From an uncultured virus (IMG/VR IMGVR_UViG_3300031418_000012) (lineage: Duplodnaviria; Heunggongvirae; Uroviricota; Caudoviricetes), in IMG/VR virus record IMGVR_UViG_3300031418_000012: a stretch of DNA of 20,000 nt. One strand, given 5' to 3'. Of the stretch, positions 1 to 8,346 are shown piece after piece. The notes under the pieces are model-generated. The model did no database searches. It was given only the letters and a program-made list of their open reading frames with translations, and was not told the origin of the DNA. The translations under genes and the position numbers were made by a program. The first letter of the stretch is position 1; every line of letters begins with the position of its first letter.

Positions 1-604
1 AATCAAGGGAATCCCATGAAATATCGGTAATAATGCAACCATAGCAAACCCAACGGTCTAAAGTACTTAATGCGTTATAACCTTTACCACCAACGAAATC
101 GTCAATAGCATTTACTAGTCCTGCGTTGTTTGTTACTGCTGTCGCCGCATCAACGGCTGTATCTCTAATTAGATTAGTAAGAGAATCATCAGGGTTTGCA
201 CCACCAGTAGTTTCAATCATCATTCGGAATTTGTATCCGGCGAATGGTTGTTCTGATTTTGCTGATATTCTGCGTTGGAAATCTAATTGTTTTTGAAGTT
301 GGCGTATAATTGCTTTCGCTGCCTGGTTATCTACCGAATCACGAATAGTCAGGGTGATTGGTTTCCAATCCCAACGTCCTACATAAGAGGTATTTGTTGC
401 GAACTGATATAATTGGTGAGTTTCGAAAGAAATGCTCGGACGGTCTACTGATTCAACTTCAAGTGCAATATGGTCTTTTTCATCTATGTCAATACCAAAA
501 TTATAAACGACCACGCGAAACTTGTGTTTCACTTTTGGCTGACTCATTGTTTTGTTTCGACCACTAGGTAAAGGAACGCCATATTTATCCATCATGCTTG
601 CCAT
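1..604 (-). CDS. Tail tube protein paralog (3' end truncated by window edge; absent from ORF track)
   Basis: Manual translation from ATG at 604 (SD AGGGG upstream): MASMMDKYGVPLPSGRNKTMSQPKVKHKFRVVVYNFG...TLTIRDSVDN...YKFRMMIE...WVCYGCIITD. Open to the window edge and colinear with the 685..1374 protein. Confidence 0.85.
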   Translation of the reverse strand, partial: MASMMDKYGVPLPSGRNKTMSQPKVKHKFRVVVYNFGIDIDEKDHIALEVESVDRPSISFETHQLYQFATNTSYVGRWDWKPITLTIRDSVDNQAAKAIIRQLQKQLDFQRRISAKSEQPFAGYKFRMMIETTGGANPDDSLTNLIRDTAVDAATAVTNNAGLVNAIDDFVGGKGYNALSTLDRWVCYGCIITDISWDSLD

Positions 605-640
605 TACATTTTCCCCTATTTAATATGGTATGTATAATTA

Positions 641-646
641 TATTTA
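641..646 (-). promoter_or_regulatory. Putative late promoter (TAAATA)
   Basis: CTAAATA just downstream of a terminator and ~37 nt before the tube start; the same motif precedes all four structural genes. Confidence 0.6.
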
Positions 647-651
647 GCAAT

Positions 652-684
652 AAAAAAGCCCTGAACATGTCAGGGCGTTTATTT
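652..684 (-). terminator. Intrinsic terminator (possibly bidirectional)
   Basis: GCCCTGA-CATGT-TCAGGGC followed by TTTTTT on the minus strand; T-rich tail on the plus strand too. Confidence 0.85.
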
Positions 685-1374
685 TTATTGACCTTGGTAG
701 AAATTGGAATCTGGTAGAGTCTCGGAGTTGATTGCCGTTGGACTTGTACTAATAGAAATTGAATTCTTAGGAGTACCGTTACCTGCGACTTCATCACCTA
801 GAGCTTGACCTTCTGGTCCAACTAGAACACAACCATCTGGTTGTAGTGACATAGTAATTACTTGTGCTTCTGAGCTGGAATAATCCCACTCACCGAAGTT
901 TGAATCAGTAATAAAACATCCTTGGCAAATCCAAGTATGTAGTGTTCCTTCATAAAGGTTGGTTAAGTTTTCACTATTCGAGCCGTCAAGAGCCTGAATC
1001 CACATTTCGAATTTATACTGTGAAGCACTAGTACGAGATTCTTGTGAGTAGTAGTTGAATTCTTTACGCATTTGGTTCCAAATGGCTTTCAATGACATGT
1101 TGCCTACTGAGTCGCGGAATGCTACTTCAATTGTTGACCATGTATATTTGCCTTTGTAGTGTGCCGAACTGTTATAACTGTGAACAGTTATATTTTCGTG
1201 CTCCACATGAGGTGTACCAACAGTATTCGTGTCTAATGTAATATAATTACCGTCTTCGGTATTACCAAAGCCGAAGAATACTACACGGAAACGATACTTT
1301 GGCTTAGGTTGCTTCATTGGTGCACGTGCTGCACCTGGAATTGGAGCACCATATTTATCCAGTAAATTTGCCAT
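685..1374 (-). CDS. Tail tube protein (T4 gp19-like)
   Basis: 229 aa directly downstream of the sheath gene; PKxKYRFRV, GKYTWSTIEVAFRD and GCFITDSNFGEWDYSSSEAQVITMSLQPD motifs typical of contractile tail tubes; SD AGGAG. Confidence 0.85.
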   Translation of the reverse strand: MANLLDKYGAPIPGAARAPMKQPKPKYRFRVVFFGFGNTEDGNYITLDTNTVGTPHVEHENITVHSYNSSAHYKGKYTWSTIEVAFRDSVGNMSLKAIWNQMRKEFNYYSQESRTSASQYKFEMWIQALDGSNSENLTNLYEGTLHTWICQGCFITDSNFGEWDYSSSEAQVITMSLQPDGCVLVGPEGQALGDEVAGNGTPKNSISISTSPTAINSETLPDSNFYQGQ

Positions 1375-1412
1375 TATTGATCTCCTAAAATCTAAGGGAA
1401 TAATCTTTAATG

Positions 1413-1420
1413 TATTTATA
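1413..1420 (-). promoter_or_regulatory. T4-type late promoter TATAAATA
   Basis: Exact match to the T4 gp55 late consensus, ~39 nt upstream of the tube ATG. Confidence 0.7.
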
Positions 1421-1457
1421 AACTTTCAGGGGTTGGAAGTGCATTAGTAATAAAAAC

Positions 1458-1483
1458 AAAAAAAGGGAGCCAAAGGCTCCCTT
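1458..1483 (-). terminator. Intrinsic terminator after sheath gene
   Basis: AAGGGAGCC-TTT-GGCTCCCTT followed by a T run. Confidence 0.9.
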
Positions 1484-1487
1484 AATA

Positions 1488-4145
1488 TTATGAAGTTAAA
1501 CTATTTTCCAAACGAATCGGAATATAGATGAAGTTGATTGAACGAGTCGGAACAAGTGCAATATCCATCCACAATTCATTTGCATCAATACGTGAAGTTG
1601 TGTTGTTTGATTCATCACAAACTACTAAGAAGTCGTAAAGACCATTTAGTTGTACAATTTCAGCTAGGAAGTTGTTAACAACTGAAGTGAATTCTTGACG
1701 AGTACTTGCAGTGTTTAGACGGAACAAGAACGGTTCAGCTAGTATTGATAGTTGAGTACGGATGTAAACAACAAGACGAGCAACGTTAACACGACTTAGT
1801 GCAGAACTATCATCAGCAGCTAGAGTTTTATCCCCATATACTAGAAGTCCACGGTTAGGACGCATTGCAATTGGGTTAATCTTGTTAACATACATTGTAT
1901 CACGTTGACCCTGATTATATACTACTGGAGCATATTCACCTTCGTCATTGATATAACCAACTGAAGCAGCATTTGTAACAATACCACGTTGTGTACCTGC
2001 TGGTGGATACCAAACATAACTTACGCTATCGCTATAAGCATATGTACGCATCGCAACAGTACTTCCTGGAACTGCAACTTCAGAACCATCAACGTTAGTA
2101 CCTAAACACCATCCCATATACTGTGCAGCATATGAATAAGCAGTTGTACGACCTACTTCACCATTACTTGCAGCGTTGTTTGCATTGGTCGCCCAAGCTT
2201 GAACATCTGTAGCAACAGGAGCTAAACGTGCTGGAACATCAGTTACGATGAATGCAGTTTCTTTACGGTCAGTGTTCAATGTTACTAGTTCATCTAGAAG
2301 TTCTACATATCCTGGAACACACATTAAGTTGAACTGGATACTTTCAGCACGAATATCTTCGTTACTTACTACTACTGATGCTAAAGCTTCAACGATAATT
2401 TTACGTTGTGCTTCACGTCCAAATAGACCAGAACCATCTAGGCCAACACCAGAAGCAACTGTCCATACGCCATTTTTCATTACTTTAACAACACCTTCAG
2501 TTGAACCTAAGTCCACTGCAAGCATACCATTTTGGTATAGTTCTGCACTTGGAACATCACCATTAGTGAAGTCTTCAAATACAAGACCGTTTAAAGTGCT
2601 TTGGTCAGTACTATCTAGTTTTAACCATGTACCTGAAACATTACGGTAGAATACATAACCATCAATACCCTGTGAAAGTGGTTGAACCCAAAAATCACGG
2701 TCTGCTGCTGGTTCGTCTAATTGAACGTACATGTTAGTACTTGCATCAATCAAATCCCAACTATCAGTTGAAACGTTAGCAACATATAGAACTACGTCCA
2801 ACGAATCAGAGTTGCTGAAGTTGTACCAGTAAGTGCCTTCTGCTGCTTTAGCAGTTGGAGTACTTGGTGAAACACGAATGTTGTTTACGTTAACCAATGA
2901 ATAGTTGCTGCTATCAACAGTTAGTTTAGAAAGTTCTGATGAACTGAATAGTTGTTGACCTGAATTAGTAGTAACGAAACTATAACCATTTTTATTACTT
3001 ACAATTAGGGAACTAGTACCAGTGAAAGTAAATCCAGCATTGATTAGTTCAGCACTTTTGTTAAGGTTAGCAATAATAGTAGAAACATTAATAACTTCGC
3101 CAGTTTTAACAGCTACAACAGTTACTGATTTATTCAAGAACTTGAAAGTTAGTGAACCATTCGCAGTTGCTAATGCACCTGTTGATTGACCAGCAGGAAC
3201 TGCACCCGCACTAATTGCTGCGATTGAACCAGCTTTAGTGTATAGTGAGAAGCTTTTACTGTCTTCGTCAAAAAGAGCACCGAAATATGTATTTCCGAAA
3301 GTACCGGATTTTGCTTCAATTTCGTAGAAGCTATTACCTGTCCAAACACTTACTTCAGACCAAACCGCAGTTAGGGAAGCATAACGTTTTAGTACAAAGC
3401 GAGTACCAAAATAGTTTGAACCATTTTTAGTATATCCATCACGAATCCAAATGTTACCGGTTAGGATACTAGAACCTGTAGGTACTTTGTTAATAGGTGA
3501 TAGGTAAGTTTCAACCTGTACAAGACCAACTGCTTCATATTTGTACATAAGCATTTGTCCAGTACTTGGAATGTGGCGAACTAGTAAATCGTCTACGTTT
3601 AGACCAGTAGTGTCAACGTCTGCAATGTGTTCTTCGCTAACGATAGTAACAGGCTTAACCTGCCAATCGTAGAAACTTGTTGGGTTGTCAATCTTAGCAA
3701 CATATGCTTCGATTTGTGATGATTTTGTGTCTAACCACAATGTGCCGTTAGATACCGGACCAGTTGGTGCAGTACCAGTTGGTGCCAATTGTGCTAAGTC
3801 AATATCTGCACGAACTACATAAGCACGGTTTGCAATACCCATGTAACTGTATAGTGCATGAAGACCGTATTCGTTTAGTTCGTCACCTTGAACTACTGAA
3901 CCATTACTCGATTGGAAAATCGGTGATCCATATGTTTCAAGTGCGTTGCGTTGCGATGTAATTAGTTTAAGTGTACCTGCGTTAGCCTTAGTTGTACCAG
4001 TTGCAATTGAACTGCTTCCAGTAACTAGCTTATCTTGTGCAGTTGCAATAACAAACAAAGGCACTGTTCCGTTAGCACTTGTAGCACTAATGGTTTCATC
4101 GGTAACTGAAACACTAACACCAGGTGATTGTAAATTATCAGCCAT
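1488..4145 (-). CDS. Contractile tail sheath protein (T4 gp18-like, enlarged)
   Basis: N-terminal LQSPGVSVSVTDE; C-terminal WYPPAGTQRG, QRDTMYVNKINPI, GDKTL, SRVNVARL, VVCDESNNT, DIALVPTRSINFIYI are hallmark sheath motifs. Confidence 0.95.
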   Translation of the reverse strand: MADNLQSPGVSVSVTDETISATSANGTVPLFVIATAQDKLVTGSSSIATGTTKANAGTLKLITSQRNALETYGSPIFQSSNGSVVQGDELNEYGLHALYSYMGIANRAYVVRADIDLAQLAPTGTAPTGPVSNGTLWLDTKSSQIEAYVAKIDNPTSFYDWQVKPVTIVSEEHIADVDTTGLNVDDLLVRHIPSTGQMLMYKYEAVGLVQVETYLSPINKVPTGSSILTGNIWIRDGYTKNGSNYFGTRFVLKRYASLTAVWSEVSVWTGNSFYEIEAKSGTFGNTYFGALFDEDSKSFSLYTKAGSIAAISAGAVPAGQSTGALATANGSLTFKFLNKSVTVVAVKTGEVINVSTIIANLNKSAELINAGFTFTGTSSLIVSNKNGYSFVTTNSGQQLFSSSELSKLTVDSSNYSLVNVNNIRVSPSTPTAKAAEGTYWYNFSNSDSLDVVLYVANVSTDSWDLIDASTNMYVQLDEPAADRDFWVQPLSQGIDGYVFYRNVSGTWLKLDSTDQSTLNGLVFEDFTNGDVPSAELYQNGMLAVDLGSTEGVVKVMKNGVWTVASGVGLDGSGLFGREAQRKIIVEALASVVVSNEDIRAESIQFNLMCVPGYVELLDELVTLNTDRKETAFIVTDVPARLAPVATDVQAWATNANNAASNGEVGRTTAYSYAAQYMGWCLGTNVDGSEVAVPGSTVAMRTYAYSDSVSYVWYPPAGTQRGIVTNAASVGYINDEGEYAPVVYNQGQRDTMYVNKINPIAMRPNRGLLVYGDKTLAADDSSALSRVNVARLVVYIRTQLSILAEPFLFRLNTASTRQEFTSVVNNFLAEIVQLNGLYDFLVVCDESNNTTSRIDANELWMDIALVPTRSINFIYIPIRLENSLTS

Positions 4146-4191
4146 TTAATCCTCCAAAAATCTTGGGTTTATTCGAATATTCGTATAATTA

Positions 4192-4197
4192 TATTTA
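4192..4197 (-). promoter_or_regulatory. Putative late promoter (TAAATA) for the sheath gene
   Basis: AATAAATA ~47 nt upstream of the ATG, adjacent to an anti-SD inverted-repeat arm. Confidence 0.6.
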
Positions 4198-4236
4198 TTG
4201 GAGGATGAACTGTAAGGTGTTTAAACGAGAATATAC

Positions 4237-4875
4237 TTATATAACGCGTAGAATGTCATATGCCTGATTATATAGGTCATTTAGTGTTCCAGTATTCTCT
4301 ACGATGTAGTCAGGATGATTGATACCTACCCAACCGTACTCTGAGCTATGAATGCCATCTAAGGAACGAGGAATAATTAAGTCCACATCAGCAGTATTTT
4401 TATGTAAATTATACTTGTATGCATCCCAATACCACTCAGGCAACTTACGCTGTACTTCAATAATGATACCATTCTGTTCACGAACTAATTTTACTTCATT
4501 AGGAAAACGACAATCAGTAATGATAATCTTATCACTGTCCATATTAAGAATGCGTTTTTCTAAACTGAACAACCAGATATTATCATGAAAATGCTTTCTA
4601 AGAACATCCGTACCCAAGTTCTGTAGTACCCAACGTGGAGTTACAGGACGACCCATTTTGTTAGTCCAGAATGCATCTTCTTGTTCACGGATAATACGAG
4701 ATTCTTCGGTATTTCCTTCAAGCATTTCACGATCCCAACCGAATATAACACTTACTGCATCTTTTAATGATTCAGCAAACGATACTCGCTGGTATCCATT
4801 ATCAATAAAAACTTTAGAGAATGTATCTTTTCCTGAACCAATGGTTCCGTTAATTGCAACTATTTTACGTTCCAT
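4237..4875 (-). CDS. Deoxynucleoside monophosphate kinase (T4 gp1-like)
   Basis: P-loop GTIGSGKDT, SFAESLK, TPRWVLQNLGTD, ITDCRFPNE, HSSE motifs. Confidence 0.92.
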   Translation of the reverse strand: MERKIVAINGTIGSGKDTFSKVFIDNGYQRVSFAESLKDAVSVIFGWDREMLEGNTEESRIIREQEDAFWTNKMGRPVTPRWVLQNLGTDVLRKHFHDNIWLFSLEKRILNMDSDKIIITDCRFPNEVKLVREQNGIIIEVQRKLPEWYWDAYKYNLHKNTADVDLIIPRSLDGIHSSEYGWVGINHPDYIVENTGTLNDLYNQAYDILRVI

Positions 4876-4894
4876 GTATTTTCTTCCTTAAACG

Positions 4895-4925
4895 AAAAAA
4901 GGAAGAACCTTTTTAAGGTTCTTCC
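4895..4925 (-). terminator. Intrinsic terminator after neck gene
   Basis: GGAAGAACCTT-AAA-AAGGTTCTTCC followed by TTTTTT. Confidence 0.9.
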
Positions 4926-4942
4926 AATAATTATCAAATATA

Positions 4943-5728
4943 TTAGCCTATGATAAAGCCTAGTGGGTTACTACCATCTTCGTAACGGCGTAAGCGGTCA
5001 CGTAATTCTTGTTGCATACGGATTGCGTTTGTTAGCAAATCTGCACCATCAAGAGAGAATGAACCTTGCGGCCCAGGTAGGGTTGCGAACTTCGAACGGT
5101 TACGGCCTAGAATCATCATCGCTTCAGATAAAGCCCAATCACGTAACCACGGATAAGTACTTTGAGTTTTGAATAGTAATGGTTCTGGTTTATTATGATA
5201 TACATGTAGAAGTACTTCTTCTTCACCACGAATATCACGCTCTAGTGTTAGCTTTTTAGTTACTGAGTTCCAAAGGAACATAATTTCTCGACCAAACATA
5301 CGACCAACAGTTTCATCGAATTGGTGATATAAGTCATAAGTTAATAGACCTCCACCAGTACTTCCACGAACTGCACTTAATAGATATGTGTTACTGTATG
5401 CTAAAGAAAATGGATCTACGGTAGAACCTGAACCCGAAACAACACCATTACCACGGCGATAAATTCTGCGAACAATTTCAACTTCAGTTGGTAGTTCGTA
5501 TACAGAATCAGATTCGTAAAACTTCATATGCAAGAATGCTTCTTCTTTTGAAGCACCAGCCCATGCTCGGTAGTTTGCTACTGCATTATCAATACAAACC
5601 TCAAGCTGTTCATCGGTGATTTCAACTTCTACGGCACCTGCACCTAGCATTACTGTAACAACACGTTTCATTTCTTCACGGTGATCGTACTGTGGAGAAT
5701 CTGGATTACCAGCATAATTGTATGACAT
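4943..5728 (-). CDS. Neck / head-tail adaptor protein (T4 gp13-like)
   Basis: LGAGAVEVEITDEQLEVCIDNA near the N-terminus; WLRDWALS...LGRNRSKF..LPG....LDGADL and terminal PLGFIIG fit the gp13 family. Confidence 0.85.
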   Translation of the reverse strand: MSYNYAGNPDSPQYDHREEMKRVVTVMLGAGAVEVEITDEQLEVCIDNAVANYRAWAGASKEEAFLHMKFYESDSVYELPTEVEIVRRIYRRGNGVVSGSGSTVDPFSLAYSNTYLLSAVRGSTGGGLLTYDLYHQFDETVGRMFGREIMFLWNSVTKKLTLERDIRGEEEVLLHVYHNKPEPLLFKTQSTYPWLRDWALSEAMMILGRNRSKFATLPGPQGSFSLDGADLLTNAIRMQQELRDRLRRYEDGSNPLGFIIG

Positions 5729-5772
5729 AAAAAAATACCCCTAAACATGTTTATATATCATATTTAGGGGTA
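5729..5772 (-). promoter_or_regulatory. 14-bp hairpin containing late promoter and sequestering the RBS; also terminator-like
   Basis: TACCCCTAAATATG-(9 nt)-CATGTTTAGGGGTA-TTTTTTT-ATG. TAAATA lies in the 5' arm and SD AGGGG in the 3' arm. Confidence 0.8.
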
Positions 5773-5777
5773 CAGTA

Positions 5778-6140
5778 TTAAAACTTAGTACAGTTTTGTG
5801 TGAAATAATTCAAGCGTTGAGTACTATATGGACCAACTACTAAAATCTTAGTTTCAGTTTCCCCACTAATAAAGTTAGTTGGTGCACCTTCCATATTACA
5901 TATAAATTCAATCTCATCTAGTAAATCAGTTGAATCTGCTACAAACAATTGTTGTTCACATCCTGCATCAACCCAATCCGAGAAATCTTTATTGAATAGT
6001 TTATGTTCATTAGCACCAGCATATGATGACCGTGTTGGGTCGAACTGATTCATAATTTCCATACCTGCACGTACTGACATACGAACTAAGTCTACTGGAG
6101 ATTGACCTTTCAAAACTACAACTACTTGATGTACACTCAT
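5778..6140 (-). CDS. Peptidyl-tRNA hydrolase 2 (Pth2)-like protein, probably degenerate
   Basis: QVVVVL start, W...G-x-x-Q-L-F-V middle and VVGP...LNYFT ending follow the Pth2 pattern; canonical GK, AH and DAGxT residues are missing. Confidence 0.55.
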   Translation of the reverse strand: MSVHQVVVVLKGQSPVDLVRMSVRAGMEIMNQFDPTRSSYAGANEHKLFNKDFSDWVDAGCEQQLFVADSTDLLDEIEFICNMEGAPTNFISGETETKILVVGPYSTQRLNYFTQNCTKF

Positions 6141-6150
6141 TACTTACCTA

Positions 6151-6483
6151 TTATACGATGATTTTGTTGCTTGGAACAAAAATCTGAGATTCGGATTCTT
6201 TACTTGCTTCGATAGATTCGATTGCACTTACATATGCACCTGCGATTTCTTCTGAAGGTACAGAAACCGACACGATGTTATATTTGAAGAAAATGGTATT
6301 TTCTTCTGCGTCAGTTAGACCTTCTAGATAATCACGGATGATCATTTCACCTTGTTCATCTAGACCGAACTGGCATGGATTACGAACCACGATTGCATCA
6401 TTCGCATCATCTTGGATAGTACCGATTAGTGGACCAATACCATTGATGAAAATAATTTTTACGTTGCTTGATACTTTAGACAT
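6151..6483 (-). CDS. Hypothetical protein, possible Sm/LSm-like fold
   Basis: IIFING-x-x-x-LIG...IVVRNP...NIVSVSVPSEEIAGAY and terminal IFVP pattern resemble small beta-barrel proteins of T4-like phages; SD AAGGA. Confidence 0.45.
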   Translation of the reverse strand: MSKVSSNVKIIFINGIGPLIGTIQDDANDAIVVRNPCQFGLDEQGEMIIRDYLEGLTDAEENTIFFKYNIVSVSVPSEEIAGAYVSAIESIEASKESESQIFVPSNKIIV

Positions 6484-6501
6484 TTTAACTTCCTTGTTAA
6501 T

Positions 6502-7005
6502 TTAATTAAGTTCGTATAGATTCTTTGTTGCGTAAGTTACACGAGAATCAATGATTCTTTCGATAACTTCCCAATTTCCACCTGCTAATCCTGCTCCCAT
6601 TTTAGGGAAGTGCAGATGTACACTATCAACTAGTTTTAATCCTAAAACTGTTTTAGCGGTGTTATTTAGTTCTGTAAAAACACTGTCAATTGCATCATAG
6701 CTGACATACTTTTTACCATCATACCCATAGAACTGTTGGGTTATTGCATTACAGATTACTAGAGAACCGTGAACTGGATGATTAATCATAGTTCCTAACT
6801 CTAGTCTGTTGTTGTTTTTAACGTACTCGTCATTATATGCTTCATACGCTTTTGGAAATCGTTCACGTAATTCTTTGGCGAAACCAGTACCCATTCTTCC
6901 CTGTGCATTACAACCGTGAATAATGAAATGTAGTTCGTCACCACACATGAACTGAGGGCGGGTATCTAGTAAATCAAATAGATTCCCGTAAAAATAATTA
7001 ATCAT
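6502..7005 (-). CDS. Macrodomain protein (ADP-ribose binding/hydrolase, T4 Tk.4-like)
   Basis: GNLF, IIHGCNAQGRMGTGFA, NAITQ, FPKMGAGLAGGNW macro motifs. Confidence 0.9.
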   Translation of the reverse strand: MINYFYGNLFDLLDTRPQFMCGDELHFIIHGCNAQGRMGTGFAKELRERFPKAYEAYNDEYVKNNNRLELGTMINHPVHGSLVICNAITQQFYGYDGKKYVSYDAIDSVFTELNNTAKTVLGLKLVDSVHLHFPKMGAGLAGGNWEVIERIIDSRVTYATKNLYELN

Positions 7006-7017
7006 ACAGCCTCAGTG

Positions 7018-7045
7018 AAAAAAGGACTTCCGAAGAAGTCCTTTT
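7018..7045 (-). terminator. Intrinsic terminator with cUUCGg tetraloop
   Basis: AAAAGGACTTC-TTCG-GAAGTCCTTTTTT. Confidence 0.9.
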
Positions 7046-7047
7046 AA

Positions 7048-7287
7048 TTATAATCCGAAACGGATTCGCTTTATCTCTTTACGATTTTTTCTTGCAGTAT
7101 TACTTTGGTGAAGTCTTAATCCTCGTTTATTATCTTTAGACAAGTACCATGTATCTTCCGGTACGTCATAATCACAATATCCGTCTTCCGTAATCGTTCC
7201 TAAGAAAGCTGACTTTTTAGGAATATCCACAGATGATTTAACACTTTCAAAAATGCCTTTAGCTAATTTCTCTCTAAAACTAAGCAT
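7048..7287 (-). CDS. Hypothetical basic protein (start probably ATG 7287 rather than TTG 7332)
   Basis: GGGAG SD 7 nt before ATG 7287 (MLSFREK...); the upstream extension forms a GAAGGAA/TTCCTTC hairpin. Confidence 0.6.
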   Translation of the reverse strand: MLSFREKLAKGIFESVKSSVDIPKKSAFLGTITEDGYCDYDVPEDTWYLSKDNKRGLRLHQSNTARKNRKEIKRIRFGL

Positions 7288-7334
7288 GATTTTTCTCCCA
7301 AATTGTAATACGAAGGAATCTGTTTCCTTCAATA

Positions 7335-7679
7335 TTATTTAGGGTTGTTTAACTGTTCCGAAATAAATTGCAATACTTGTTCGTGTGTACAAACTGAAAG
7401 TACTTTATCAAGAATTTCATCATAGAATTCTTTTCTTTCATGGTACTTTCGAATCAATTCAGTACGTTCAAGTACTGAATCTGCTGTAGGTAGGGAAGGT
7501 TCATATTCTACACCTAAGCTTTCTGCAAGGTCTTTTACTCTCTGCATACGTGCAGCATGTCGATCATGCATTTCACGTACTTTTCTTTCTCCTAGAGTAA
7601 AGTGTGACATATTAACTTTAAAATGCGTTTCTTCATCCAAGATGTACGCGTTAATATCAGACGAATCCTTTCGTTTCAT
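7335..7679 (-). CDS. Hypothetical protein
   Basis: 114-aa helical-looking ORF packed tightly in the operon. Confidence 0.7.
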   Translation of the reverse strand: MKRKDSSDINAYILDEETHFKVNMSHFTLGERKVREMHDRHAARMQRVKDLAESLGVEYEPSLPTADSVLERTELIRKYHERKEFYDEILDKVLSVCTHEQVLQFISEQLNNPK

Positions 7680-7680
7680 T

Positions 7681-8088
7681 TTATGCTCCTAACTGACCGA
7701 AAATAGTATTTGCATCTTTACCATTATACTGACCATCATAGTTAGCTTTTAGGTAAGGGAACATATTTTTCTTTTCTGCCATAGATGGATTTTCTGCGAT
7801 TGCAGCTTGCATAATAGCAAGTAGTTCATCATTGGTTAGTTGTTTTGGTAGTAGATTTTCTAGAATGATTTTTTCAGCTTCTAGAGATTCGGATGCACTG
7901 TACTTTAGAGACTCTGTAACGCTCTCTAATAGCTTCTTAACGGATTGGATTACTACGGTATCTTCGACGTCTTGTGCGGTGGTCTTGCGTTGAATTTCGG
8001 CAATGATTACACCAAATAGGCTGTATTTTACCTTGTCATTACCTAATGCTTTCTGGCGTTCCGTTTGAATGGTCTGATAAAGACTCAT
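7681..8088 (-). CDS. GatB/YqeY domain protein
   Basis: Helical; EKIILENLLPKQLTNDEL and YDGQYNGK resemble YqeY (E..IL..YLPxQLS..EL; G..DGK). Confidence 0.8.
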   Translation of the reverse strand: MSLYQTIQTERQKALGNDKVKYSLFGVIIAEIQRKTTAQDVEDTVVIQSVKKLLESVTESLKYSASESLEAEKIILENLLPKQLTNDELLAIMQAAIAENPSMAEKKNMFPYLKANYDGQYNGKDANTIFGQLGA

Positions 8089-8089
8089 A

Positions 8090-8326
8090 TTATTCTCCTT
8101 TTAGAAAAGCTTCAAACTTATCACATCCTCCAATGTATTGTTCATCGACAAAGATTTGCGGTACTTGTCGCACAGGCTGTCCAACGATTTCAGCTAGATC
8201 AGCACCAGTGATTCCTTGTGCGTCAATATCAATAAATTCCAAATCGAATCCATTCATTTCACAGATGAGTTTAGCACGGTCACAAAATTTACATCCTTGT
8301 GCACGACCATACATTTTTACATTCAT
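8090..8326 (-). CDS. Glutaredoxin
   Basis: CKFC active site, QVPQIFVD, YIGGCD. Confidence 0.93.
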   Translation of the reverse strand: MNVKMYGRAQGCKFCDRAKLICEMNGFDLEFIDIDAQGITGADLAEIVGQPVRQVPQIFVDEQYIGGCDKFEAFLKGE

Positions 8327-8346
8327 AATATAATCCTTTTATTATG

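Noticed and set aside
585..797. 70-aa minus-strand ORF
   Set aside because: Out-of-frame overlap with the tube gene and runs through a terminator and promoter.
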